This document shows, in pieces, positions 39,056 through 48,043 of a DNA stretch of 64,000 nt (the stretch's first letter is position 1; each line of letters begins with the position of its first letter). Where the stretch lies: contig DXCQ01000020.1 in assembly GCA_019115885.1 (NCBI GenBank), positions 5,475 through 69,474 on the forward strand. Reading direction: 5' to 3'. The position numbers were made by a program, and so were the translations under genes. The DNA comes from Candidatus Borkfalkia excrementigallinarum. Lineage in GTDB: Bacteria; Bacillota; Clostridia; Christensenellales; Borkfalkiaceae. The notes beneath the pieces were generated by a model. The model saw nothing but the letters and a program-made list of their open reading frames with translations. It did no database searches and was not told the origin of the DNA.

Positions 39056-40005
39056 TACTCAACACGGGCGCGCGCACGGATACCGCGCAGTATTTTTCAA
39101 AGTGGCTGTTAAAGCGGTTCGAGGAGGGGTACGTCTATACGCGCAACCCGCTCTTCCCGAACAAGGTAACGCGCTACGAGCTTTCGCCGGATAAGATCGA
39201 CGCCGTGCTGTTCTGTTCCAAAAACTATGCGCCCATTCTGCCGCGTTTGCGGGAAATAACGGATCAATACCGCACTTACTTTCATTATACGATAACGGCC
39301 TACGGCAGGGATATCGAGCCGGGCGTGCCTTCCGTCGAGGAGAGTATCCGAACGCTTATCGAGCTGGAAAAGATCGTCGGCAGGGGAAGGATCGCCTGGC
39401 GCTACGATCCCGTGTTGCTGACCGATACATATACCGTGGAGCGCCATTTGGAAACGTTTGCCTATATGGCGGAGCAGTTGGCTCCGCATATAGACAGGTG
39501 CATTTTCAGCTTTGTGGAAATGTACAAAAAATTGGAAACGAATATGCCCGAACTCGTTCCGCTGACCGAAGACGACAAGCAGCACCTTGCCGAAGGGTTG
39601 GGCGCAACGGCCGCAAAGTACGGTATGCGTATTCAAACGTGCGGCACCAACGGCGATTACAGCCGTTACGGTATCCGCTCGTCGGGGTGCGCCACGCTGG
39701 AAATTCTCGGCCGCGCCAACGGGTGCGAATTCAGGGATATCAAGCATAAAGGAATGCGCGAAGGCTGTCATTGCATCGAAAGCCGCGATATAGGGGCCTA
39801 CGATACCTGCCTGAACGGATGCAAATACTGTTATGCAAACAAGAGTCCGCAGAAAGCGCGGGAAAATTACAAATTGCACGATCCCGCGTCGCCGCTGCTG
39901 ATAGGGCATCTCGAAAAGGACGATGTGGTCATACAGGGGAATCAAAAGAGTTTTCTGCTTTCCGATGTTCGGAGGTATTCTCTCTTTGACGATGAAAATG
40001 TATAA
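39052..40005 (+). CDS. DUF1848-like protein with a C-terminal CxxxCxxC motif
   Basis: RTDTAQYFSKW, FCSKN, WRYDP, DIGAYDTCLNGCKYCYA. Confidence 0.85.
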   Translation: MILNTGARTDTAQYFSKWLLKRFEEGYVYTRNPLFPNKVTRYELSPDKIDAVLFCSKNYAPILPRLREITDQYRTYFHYTITAYGRDIEPGVPSVEESIRTLIELEKIVGRGRIAWRYDPVLLTDTYTVERHLETFAYMAEQLAPHIDRCIFSFVEMYKKLETNMPELVPLTEDDKQHLAEGLGATAAKYGMRIQTCGTNGDYSRYGIRSSGCATLEILGRANGCEFRDIKHKGMREGCHCIESRDIGAYDTCLNGCKYCYANKSPQKARENYKLHDPASPLLIGHLEKDDVVIQGNQKSFLLSDVRRYSLFDDENV

Positions 40006-40119
40006 GCAAAAAGGCTCCGGGTGTTCGGAGCCTTTTACCTGCGGCAAACGTTATTTCGGAGATCCCTCGCCTGCGAGCGGCAGGCAAAAGGCACGGCTGT
40101 TTTAGCCGCGCCTTTGCTT

Positions 40120-40207
40120 TGGCGGAAGGTGAGGGATTCGAACCCCCGGACCCTTGCAGGTCTTCAGTTTTCAAGACTGACGCCATCGACCACTCTGCCA
40201 ACCTTCC
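40120..40207 (-). tRNA. tRNA-Ser(TGA)
   Basis: GGAAGGT/ACCTTCC-G-CCA; TCAGT-CTTGAAA-ACTGA; long variable arm; GGTTCGAATCC. Confidence 0.97.
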
Positions 40208-40255
40208 TTATGAAAAATCTGTCGAGGCTCAATTATTGTGCAAATACTATTTAAG

Positions 40256-40284
40256 AGTATATCAAATCGGGCATTTTTTGTCAA
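40256..40284 (-). promoter_or_regulatory. tRNA-Ser(TGA) promoter
   Basis: TTGACA-17-TATACT on the minus strand. Confidence 0.75.
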
Positions 40285-40341
40285 CTGTTTCCAGAAAAGT
40301 GACTATATAAGTTCATAAATCGCAGTATAACTTGTTTATCC

Positions 40342-40370
40342 TTGACTTTTTTTTCAATTTGACGTATACT
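40342..40370 (+). promoter_or_regulatory. SigA promoter about 180 nt upstream of tyrA
   Basis: TTGACT-17-TATACT. Confidence 0.65.
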
Positions 40371-40492
40371 AATACATATATAAAGCTGAGGGAGTGGAAA
40401 TTTTTTGTCGGCTCAAATGTTATCTCGGAGCAGGTTTTGCGGGCGACAAGGATATACCGTTTCCTTTTGCTTTTTATAACTTGCAATTCGTT

Positions 40493-40527
40493 ACGGTTTT
40501 GCCGGCGGCAGAACCGTTTTATTTTTT
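40493..40527 (+). terminator. Terminator inside the tyrA leader
   Basis: ACGGTTTTGCC / GGCAGAACCGT stem followed by TTTATTTTTT. Confidence 0.65.
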
Positions 40528-40550
40528 ATAGAACGGAGGAGAAGTTCCGT

Positions 40551-41375
40551 ATGAAAATTATGGTTGCGGGGCTCGGTTTGATCGGTGGCTCGATGGCAAA
40601 ATCTTTGAACCGTGCGGGTTATGCGGTGGACGGATTGGACAGGCCGTCCGTGCAGAAACGCGCGAAAGAGCTGGGCGTGATAGCGGATATAGCAGAGCAG
40701 ACTTCCGCATACGACGTCGTGTTCGTGGCGTTGCCCCCGGATGCGGCAATGGCTTTTATGGAAAACAACGCATATAAGGAAGGGGCGATCGTTGCGGATA
40801 TCTGCGGCGTTAAAGAATCGATCGAGCGTGCGATACTCGCTTCGCCGCGTTCGTTTCGCTATGTGGGGTGTCATCCGATGGCGGGGAAAGAAGTATCGGG
40901 CTTGGAAAATTCGGCGGAAACGCTGTTTGACGGGGCGAGTATGATCATCACCGAAAACGAACAGACGGATGCGGGCGCCGTGCGCACGCTCGAACAACTG
41001 TTTCGCGAGATGGGGTTTGAATGCATCAAACATTGCAGCGCCGCCTATCACGATACGAAGATCGCTTATACGTCGCAGCTTGCGCATATTGTGAGCAATG
41101 CTTATGTCAAAAGTCCCGCCGCCGACGGCTTTCCCGGATTTACGGGCGGCAGCTTTCAGGACATGACGCGCATTGCGGGGGTGGACGAGGAAATTTGGAC
41201 ACGCTTGTATATGCTGAATATCGACAAGGTGGAAGCGGAACTTTCGCTTCTCATTGAAAATCTCAGAAAATATTTGGCCGCGTTGCGTTCCGGCGACGAA
41301 ACTTTGCTGAAAGAACTTTTAAAGGAAGGGCGTTTGCGCAAAGAACAGTTGGATGCGGAACGTAAAATTCTTTGA
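40551..41375 (+). CDS. tyrA: Prephenate dehydrogenase
   Basis: GLGLIGGS, DICGVK, HPMAGKE, HD..IAYTSQLAH, FQDMTRIA; SD GGAGG. Confidence 0.92.
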   Translation: MKIMVAGLGLIGGSMAKSLNRAGYAVDGLDRPSVQKRAKELGVIADIAEQTSAYDVVFVALPPDAAMAFMENNAYKEGAIVADICGVKESIERAILASPRSFRYVGCHPMAGKEVSGLENSAETLFDGASMIITENEQTDAGAVRTLEQLFREMGFECIKHCSAAYHDTKIAYTSQLAHIVSNAYVKSPAADGFPGFTGGSFQDMTRIAGVDEEIWTRLYMLNIDKVEAELSLLIENLRKYLAALRSGDETLLKELLKEGRLRKEQLDAERKIL

Positions 41376-41483
41376 TTTTTGCAATTCCGTACGGCGTTGT
41401 TTTACAACTGATTGCGAATATGGTATAATAAACGAGAGTAAATGCGCACTGTGTGCGGTTTACCGCCGAGTCGGATAAAAAAT

Positions 41484-41876
41484 ATGAAAAAAACAAAGAT
41501 ATATCTTTCCGTTCATGGCGGCGGCGAAGAGCAAAAGTTTATAACCGAGGGGGAAGTATCGGAGCGGAGCGGCCGGACGGAATATCGTTTTCGTGCGGAC
41601 GGAGCGCAATTTACGATAACATTTTCGGAAAATGTAGTCATCGAGCGGAAGGGCAATATCGCGTATCGCATCGAATTGAACGAGACCGCGCTTACGCAGA
41701 CGATGATTTGTACAGAATTCGGGTTCCTGCCTGCCGAGGTCAAAACGATCCGGTCGGAAAAATCTTTGGAGCACGGGTTGGAATATAAGGGGGAATATGA
41801 AATGCGATTTGAAGAATTTTCTCAGCGGCACACGGTAAAGTTCCGGGCGTGCGACACAGGGAGGGCAGACGAATGA
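41484..41876 (+). CDS. Beta-rich hypothetical protein (DUF1934-like)
   Basis: Alternating beta-strand pattern, VIERKG, TEFG. Confidence 0.55.
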   Translation: MKKTKIYLSVHGGGEEQKFITEGEVSERSGRTEYRFRADGAQFTITFSENVVIERKGNIAYRIELNETALTQTMICTEFGFLPAEVKTIRSEKSLEHGLEYKGEYEMRFEEFSQRHTVKFRACDTGRADE

Positions 41877-42517
41877 AAATCAAATATTTCGGGCATTCCT
41901 GTTTTTTGATGGAAACGCGGCGTGGAACGTGTATTTTGACCGACCCGTACAACGGGATCGGCTATCCTTTGCCGCAGGTGCGGGCGGATTGCGTTTGCTG
42001 TACGCATCAGCATTTCGATCATAACTATGTCGGCGGCGTGGATGGTGTGCGTCAAACGATTTCCGATGCGGGAGAATATGTCTTTGAGGATGTGAAAATA
42101 ACGGGCATTCCCGCATTTCACGACGAAGTGAATGGCGCTAAACGCGGCCGCAATATCGTATACAAATTCGAGGCGGACGGGGTGTGCGTCTGTCATATGG
42201 GCGATATCGGGCAGTCGCCGTCTGAGCAGCTGCTCGGAAAGATCGGCCGTCCGGACATTTTGCTCATTCCCGTGGGCGGCACCTATACGGTCGACGCTGC
42301 GGGGGCTTTGGAGTATATCGGCAAAATCCGTCCGCGTGTTGTTGTGCCTATGCATTATAAAACGGAGGATTGTACGATCGACATTGCTCCCGCCGACGGT
42401 TTTATACGGCTGTGCGGTGAACAGAATTGCGAGAAACTCGACTGTATCGACTGTACGGATTTAAGCGTGTACGAAAGAAAAATAATTTTACTGCGGAGGC
42501 GGAACGATGGAAGATAA
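41873..42517 (+). CDS. Metallo-beta-lactamase-fold hydrolase
   Basis: YFGHSCF, TDPY, THQHFDHN, CHMGD, PVGG, PMHY. Confidence 0.9.
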   Translation: MKIKYFGHSCFLMETRRGTCILTDPYNGIGYPLPQVRADCVCCTHQHFDHNYVGGVDGVRQTISDAGEYVFEDVKITGIPAFHDEVNGAKRGRNIVYKFEADGVCVCHMGDIGQSPSEQLLGKIGRPDILLIPVGGTYTVDAAGALEYIGKIRPRVVVPMHYKTEDCTIDIAPADGFIRLCGEQNCEKLDCIDCTDLSVYERKIILLRRRNDGR

Positions 42518-43967
42518 CGAACTTCTGCGCGTATATAAAAAGGTATACGACTATTTAAACAACTGCAATATTTACGAGGTTCGTAATTTAGCCCGTGCAT
42601 TCGGTGTGAATGCACCCACAACGGATAAAAAGAAAGATTTGATACTTCGTCTTATCCGCATCGGCGCGGGGATTTCCGATCCCGGCCCGCGCAGCAACAA
42701 GGGCGCGCGGGTAAAAGCGAGCGACGCATCGGAAGAACGGGTTGCTGCGGTGCGCTCGTTGATCGTCGATTGCAACGAAGCGCTAACGTACGGCGGCTCG
42801 GAACAGCCGCCCGCGGAATACCGATTCCGCGATGCCGAATCGGGTGCGGAAGAATTCGGTTACGGCGATGAGTGCGCAACCGGGATATTGGAAGTCGGAA
42901 AGCAGGGGCACGGGTATTTGCGCGGATATTCTTTTATGGCGGAAGAAGGCGATGCGATTGTTTCGGACAAGCTGATCCATCAATATCGTCTGCGCGAGGG
43001 CGACGTGATCAGCGCCTATATCGTCCAAAACGGTTCGGCCGCAGAAGCGGTGCAGGTGGCGGCGGTCAACGGCGGTGCACCCGTGTTCATCGAGCGGAAA
43101 AAATTTGACGATCTTCCCGCCGTGTATCCGAGCGAACGCTATGCGCTTGGCAGAAAAGATTGCGCCTTTCTCCGGGCGGCCGATATCGTTTGCCCGCTGT
43201 GTAAGGGGCAGCGCGGGCTTGTTTTTGCGCCGAGCAATGCGGGACGCACGATTTTTTTTCGCGAGGCGGCACGGTCGATTTCGCTCGCTTATCCGAAGTC
43301 AAAATTGATTTTTGTTTCGCTCGACCAGCGCCCGGAAGAACTTACGGAAACGGCGGGTCTGTTTCCCGACGCGGCTGTGGTCGCTGCGTCGTTTGAAGAT
43401 TCTCCCGTCCGCGCGATGCAGGCGGCGCGGCTCGCTTTGGAATATGCGAAGCGTATCGCGGAGAGCGGGGGAGATGCGGTGTTGCTTCTCGATTCGCTCA
43501 CTGCGCTCGTACGGGTAGTTGCTTACGGCACCGTTCCGTCCGGCAGGGAAACGGCGGGCGGTATCGATTTGGCTGCTCTCGGAGCGGCGAAAAAATATTT
43601 CGCCGCAGCGCGTAAACTCAAAGGTGCGGGCTCGCTCACTATGTTGGCGGCGGCGCTCACGGGGCGCGGCGTCGCTTCGGATGCGGATGTGTGCGAAGAA
43701 CTCGGCGGCGCGGCGAATATGTTTGTCCGTTTTTCGCGCGAAATAGCCGCGCGCGGCGTTATTCCCGCAATTGATTTTTCATGTTCCTACACAAAGTGGT
43801 GCGAAAATTTCCAATCGGAACGGGAGCGCCGCTGTGCGGAAGCATTGAAGGAGATGGCCCGCGGCAGATTCGGCGCCGAGCACATAGGCGAACTTTTTTC
43901 CAAAACGGAAACAAACGAAGAATTTATTGAGCGTGAGGAGCTTTGGGCTTCCGCGCGGAGGGGATGA
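42507..43967 (+). CDS. rho: Divergent transcription termination factor Rho homologue with a degenerate ATPase site
   Basis: Rho_N helix, OB-fold GILE..QGHGYLR, KGQRGLVFAP, RPEE, LLDSLT, AARK...GSLT, PAID; catalytic positions substituted (see findings). Confidence 0.85.
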   Translation: MEDNELLRVYKKVYDYLNNCNIYEVRNLARAFGVNAPTTDKKKDLILRLIRIGAGISDPGPRSNKGARVKASDASEERVAAVRSLIVDCNEALTYGGSEQPPAEYRFRDAESGAEEFGYGDECATGILEVGKQGHGYLRGYSFMAEEGDAIVSDKLIHQYRLREGDVISAYIVQNGSAAEAVQVAAVNGGAPVFIERKKFDDLPAVYPSERYALGRKDCAFLRAADIVCPLCKGQRGLVFAPSNAGRTIFFREAARSISLAYPKSKLIFVSLDQRPEELTETAGLFPDAAVVAASFEDSPVRAMQAARLALEYAKRIAESGGDAVLLLDSLTALVRVVAYGTVPSGRETAGGIDLAALGAAKKYFAAARKLKGAGSLTMLAAALTGRGVASDADVCEELGGAANMFVRFSREIAARGVIPAIDFSCSYTKWCENFQSERERRCAEALKEMARGRFGAEHIGELFSKTETNEEFIEREELWASARRG

Positions 43968-43972
43968 CGATT

Positions 43973-44917
43973 ATGAAATATTATATCGGAATGGATTTCG
44001 GCGGTATGAGCGCCAAGGCCGGGCTGTTTTCCGCGGACGGAAAGCTCGTCTGCAAAGACAGCGTAAAGACATCGAAGGAAGACGGCTATTCGCTGACCGT
44101 CGATAAACTCGCGGAATTGGCGCAGGTGCTTATCCGACGTTCGGGCAAGCGCGCCGAATGTTTGGGTATCGGCTCGCCGGGCGTGATCGACGGCTCTGCG
44201 GGCGTTGTCGTGCGGTGGGGCAATTTCGATTGGAAAGACGCGCCCCTCGCTGCAGACCTCGCAAAGCGTACGGGCCTTCCCGTCAAGCTCGCCAACGACG
44301 CGAATGTGGCGGCTTTGGGCGAAGCAAAGTTCGGCGCGGGGAAAAAGTACGGCGACAGCGTGCTTTTAACGCTGGGTACGGGCATCGGCAGCGGCATTAT
44401 TTTGGGCGGAAAAATATTTGAAGGGTTCTGCGGCGGCGGGGCCGAGGCGGGGCATATGGTCATCGAAGCGGGCGGCATTCCCTGTTCCTGCGGCAGGCGC
44501 GGCTGTTTTGAGCAGTACGCCTCCGCGACTGCGCTCATCCGCGATACCAAGCGCGCCATGTTCGAGTATAAAGACAGCCTGCTTTGGTCTTTGGCGGGGG
44601 AACCCGAAAACGTATCGGGAAAAACCGCCTTTGAAGCCGCGCGAGGCGGGGATGCGGCGGCGCAGAAAGTTGTTAAAAACTACATAATGTACCTTGGGGA
44701 GGGAATACTCAATCTCGTGAACATTTTCCGCCCTGAGGCGATCATGATCGGCGGAGGCATCTCCAACGAGGGTGAATATTTATTGCAGCCTCTGCGCAAG
44801 TATGTGAGCGAACGGCTGTACGTCGATTGCGAGCGGATCCCGCTCGTGATCGTGCGCGCCACGCTCGGCAGCGATGCGGGCATGGTCGGCGCACTCGCGC
44901 TCGCCGCGGACAAATAG
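43973..44917 (+). CDS. ROK-family sugar kinase (glucokinase)
   Basis: DFGG, NDANVAALGE, TLGTGIGSG, EAGH, CSCGRRGCFE. Confidence 0.93.
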   Translation: MKYYIGMDFGGMSAKAGLFSADGKLVCKDSVKTSKEDGYSLTVDKLAELAQVLIRRSGKRAECLGIGSPGVIDGSAGVVVRWGNFDWKDAPLAADLAKRTGLPVKLANDANVAALGEAKFGAGKKYGDSVLLTLGTGIGSGIILGGKIFEGFCGGGAEAGHMVIEAGGIPCSCGRRGCFEQYASATALIRDTKRAMFEYKDSLLWSLAGEPENVSGKTAFEAARGGDAAAQKVVKNYIMYLGEGILNLVNIFRPEAIMIGGGISNEGEYLLQPLRKYVSERLYVDCERIPLVIVRATLGSDAGMVGALALAADK

Positions 44918-44948
44918 CGCTCGGCGTATCCGCCGCAAAGGAGAACTT

Positions 44949-45731
44949 TTGAAAAATATATTTGCAAAAAAGCGCCCGAAGCTCGGCCTTGCGCTCGGCA
45001 GCGGCGGCGCAAAGGGAATGGCGCATCTCGGCGCTCTGCGCGCGTTTTGGGAGGCCGGCCTGCGGTTTGACGTTTACAGCGGCACTTCGGCCGGTTCCAT
45101 CGTAGGCGCGCTCTGCGCGCGCGGCTATACGCCCGACGACATCGGGGAACTGCTCGCCTCGGCAGATTTCAAGAGCGTCGTTCTCTCCGTTTTGGCGTCC
45201 GGAAGCACCTTGCCCGTACTGCGCCTGCTCGACGGCGCGTTGGGCGAATACGAATTTTCCGAGCTTTCCAAGCCGTTTGCGGCGGTCGCGACCGACGCTT
45301 CCACCGGCGAACGGGTAATTCTGCGCGAGGGAAACGTGGCGCAGGCTGTTCTCGCTTCGTCCGCCGTACCGCCGCTGTTTCGGGGCGTTTCCGTAGGCGG
45401 CCGCACGCTTATAGACGGCGCTTTTTCCGACGCGATCCCCGCCGATGTGGCGAAAGATCTGGGCGCCGATTTCGTGATCGCCGTTGCGCTCTCTCCCGCG
45501 CAAAACTATGCCGAAACGCGGTTTACGACCTCCGCGGGCGAGGAGATGGCGGTGCGGCAGAAAGGCTTTCTCTCTGCCGATATCCTGCTCGAACCCGACC
45601 TTGCGGAGTTTTCGGCGGCGGATATAGCGGGCGGCGCGCGTATGTACGATATCGGCTATGAATGTGCGGCGGAGCGCCTGCCTTCGGTTTTGCAAGCGCT
45701 GCAAAGTCGGGGTTATCTCGTCCGCGGCTGA
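44949..45731 (+). CDS. Patatin-like phospholipase
   Basis: GSGGAKG, GTSAG, DGA; TTG start after SD AAGGAG. Confidence 0.88.
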   Translation: MKNIFAKKRPKLGLALGSGGAKGMAHLGALRAFWEAGLRFDVYSGTSAGSIVGALCARGYTPDDIGELLASADFKSVVLSVLASGSTLPVLRLLDGALGEYEFSELSKPFAAVATDASTGERVILREGNVAQAVLASSAVPPLFRGVSVGGRTLIDGAFSDAIPADVAKDLGADFVIAVALSPAQNYAETRFTTSAGEEMAVRQKGFLSADILLEPDLAEFSAADIAGGARMYDIGYECAAERLPSVLQALQSRGYLVRG

Positions 45732-45788
45732 AAGGGAAAGTGCGGCGTCTTTGTGTTTCGCCGCCGATCGCACGGTGAGGGATTACAA

Positions 45789-46856
45789 ATGAAAAGAGAC
45801 ACCGAACGCGCGGTGCGGGCCGCACTCGGCGGGAGGAAGAAAAATAAATTGCTGTTGCGGCGGTATCTGCCCGCGCTTGTATTGGCGGCGGCTTTTTTCG
45901 CGCTGGTATGTTTCGACCTGTTCGTCTTTCCCCTTGAATACCTTTGGGCATTCGCCTATTCGCCCAACCTGCCGCCGCGCGGCGAAGGGGAGCTCCGCGT
46001 TCATTTTATCGACGTAGGGCAGGGCGATTGCACCGTGCTCGAATTTCCCGACGGCAAGACGATGATCGTCGACGGCGGCGACGGGAGGGCAGAAACGCAT
46101 ATGCGCGTGCTCGGCTATTGCCGCGGATTGGGTATCGATACGTTCGATTGGGCGCTGCTCACCCATGCCGATTCCGATCATGCGGGCGGGCTGGACGATG
46201 CTCTGAATTATTTCGGTGCGGATACGGTGTTTCTTCCTGCCGCGGGAACGGAAGGGGAGGGGTATCGCGAAGTGCGTTTGGCGGCGGAGCGTGCGGGCGC
46301 GCGGCTACGAACGGCGCAGATGTTTGAATCGGGCATATCTTCGCAGAGGGAGCGTTTCTATTATTGGATGCTCCTTTCGCCCTTTTCGCAGTCGGTCGTC
46401 CCTCCCGCGCAAGGGGAAGAAACGAACGATTCTTCCGCCGTTTTGTATCTGGAGTATGCGGGGCGAACGTTCCTTTTGACGGGCGATGCGCCTTCCGCCG
46501 TGGAAGACAGGCTGGCAGAAGCGTATACGGAAACGGCGGGCGCGGTGTTCGAGCGCCCGGTGCAGGCGGCTTGGGGAAAGATCACCCTTTCGCCCGCGCT
46601 GGAAAAGTTGGATTTCCTCAAAGCGGGGCATCACGGGAGCGCCTCTTCCACGGGCGAAATGCTTGCCTCGCTCTGCGCGCCGAACGCGCTGTTTATCAGC
46701 TGCGGCGCGGGCAATACATACGGGCATCCGAATCTTTCCTGCATGAAAAACGTGCTCGCGGCATCGCCCGATGCGGAGATATACCGCACCGATGAATTGG
46801 GCAACATCATGCTCACCGTGCGCGACGGAGGGGAGTATTCCGTCCGTTTCGGTTAA
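45789..46856 (+). CDS. ComEC/Rec2-like beta-lactamase-fold nuclease with an N-terminal membrane anchor
   Basis: HFIDVGQGD, LTHADSDHAGGL, LLTGD, KAGHHGS, YGHP, YRTD. Confidence 0.88.
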   Translation: MKRDTERAVRAALGGRKKNKLLLRRYLPALVLAAAFFALVCFDLFVFPLEYLWAFAYSPNLPPRGEGELRVHFIDVGQGDCTVLEFPDGKTMIVDGGDGRAETHMRVLGYCRGLGIDTFDWALLTHADSDHAGGLDDALNYFGADTVFLPAAGTEGEGYREVRLAAERAGARLRTAQMFESGISSQRERFYYWMLLSPFSQSVVPPAQGEETNDSSAVLYLEYAGRTFLLTGDAPSAVEDRLAEAYTETAGAVFERPVQAAWGKITLSPALEKLDFLKAGHHGSASSTGEMLASLCAPNALFISCGAGNTYGHPNLSCMKNVLAASPDAEIYRTDELGNIMLTVRDGGEYSVRFG

Positions 46857-46892
46857 AAACAAAGTTAAAAATTTCCTTAGGGAGTTCATGAT

Positions 46893-48023
46893 ATGATCAA
46901 ATTAACGACCAGCGGCGAATCGCACGGCAGGGCGCTCACCGCGATCATCGAGGGTCTGCCTTCCAATCTTCCCGTCGACGCAGCGGAGATAGACCGCTAC
47001 CTTGCCCTGCGGCAGGGCGGGTACGGGCGCGGTGCGCGGCAGAAGATCGAAACGGACCGCGTTCAGATCCTTTCGGGCGTGCGCAATAAACTCACGCTCG
47101 GCAGCCCCGTCTGCCTGATGGTGGAAAACAAGGACTATTCGAATTGGGAAGAATATATGTCGCCCTACGGGGCAGATGTATCCGCGCGGCGTTTGACGCG
47201 CGTACGTCCGGGGCATGCCGATCTTGCCGGCGTACTCAAATACGACCAAACGGACGCGCGCAATATTTTGGAGCGCGCCTCCGCGCGCGAAACGGCGGTG
47301 CGCGTAGCGGCGGGCACGATCGCGCGTATGTTCCTGCGCGAGCTCGGAATCGAAGTGTGCGGGTACGTCCGCTCCGTTGCGGGTATCACCGACGATAGGG
47401 AATACACCTTCGAGCAGCTCGCAAACGTAAAGGAGTCTGAACTGTTCATGCCCGATGCGGCGCTGTGCGAGCGCGCGAAAGCGGAGATCGATGCGGTAAA
47501 GGAAGCCAAGGACACGGCGGGCGGCATCGTCGAGATCCGCGTCAAAGGCATCAAGAGCGGGTTCGGCAGCTGTATGTCCTACGGCGAAAAATTGGACGGT
47601 CACCTCGCGGGCGCCGTGATGGGAATACAGGCGATCAAGGGCGTGGAGATCGGGCTCGGCTTCGAGGCGGCGCGCCGCCGCGGCAGCGCCGTGCACGATG
47701 AGATCTTTAACGAGGGCGGAAAATTCGTCCGCAAAACGAACAATGCGGGCGGCATCGAAGGGGGTATGACCAACGGCGGGGAGATCATTCTTCGCGCCGC
47801 GATGAAACCGATCCCCACCCTGATGCGCGGGCTGAATACCGTCAATTTCGATACGGGGGAGGCGTGCCGCGCAGCCACCGAACGCAGCGACGTTTGCTCG
47901 ATCTGCGCCTGCGAAATTATAGTGGAGAGTACCGTCTGCTTTGCTCTCGCGCAAAAGGTGCAGGAGCGTTTGGGCGGAGACAATATGCGCGAGATCAAGG
48001 CGAGATACGCGCTTTTACCGTAG
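46893..48023 (+). CDS. aroC: Chorismate synthase
   Basis: TTSGESHG, RQGGYGRG.R, RPGHAD, ERASARETA, GGIEGGMTNG, MKPIPT. Confidence 0.97.
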   Translation: MIKLTTSGESHGRALTAIIEGLPSNLPVDAAEIDRYLALRQGGYGRGARQKIETDRVQILSGVRNKLTLGSPVCLMVENKDYSNWEEYMSPYGADVSARRLTRVRPGHADLAGVLKYDQTDARNILERASARETAVRVAAGTIARMFLRELGIEVCGYVRSVAGITDDREYTFEQLANVKESELFMPDAALCERAKAEIDAVKEAKDTAGGIVEIRVKGIKSGFGSCMSYGEKLDGHLAGAVMGIQAIKGVEIGLGFEAARRRGSAVHDEIFNEGGKFVRKTNNAGGIEGGMTNGGEIILRAAMKPIPTLMRGLNTVNFDTGEACRAATERSDVCSICACEIIVESTVCFALAQKVQERLGGDNMREIKARYALLP

Positions 48024-48043
48024 TTTATGTGAGGCATAGTACC

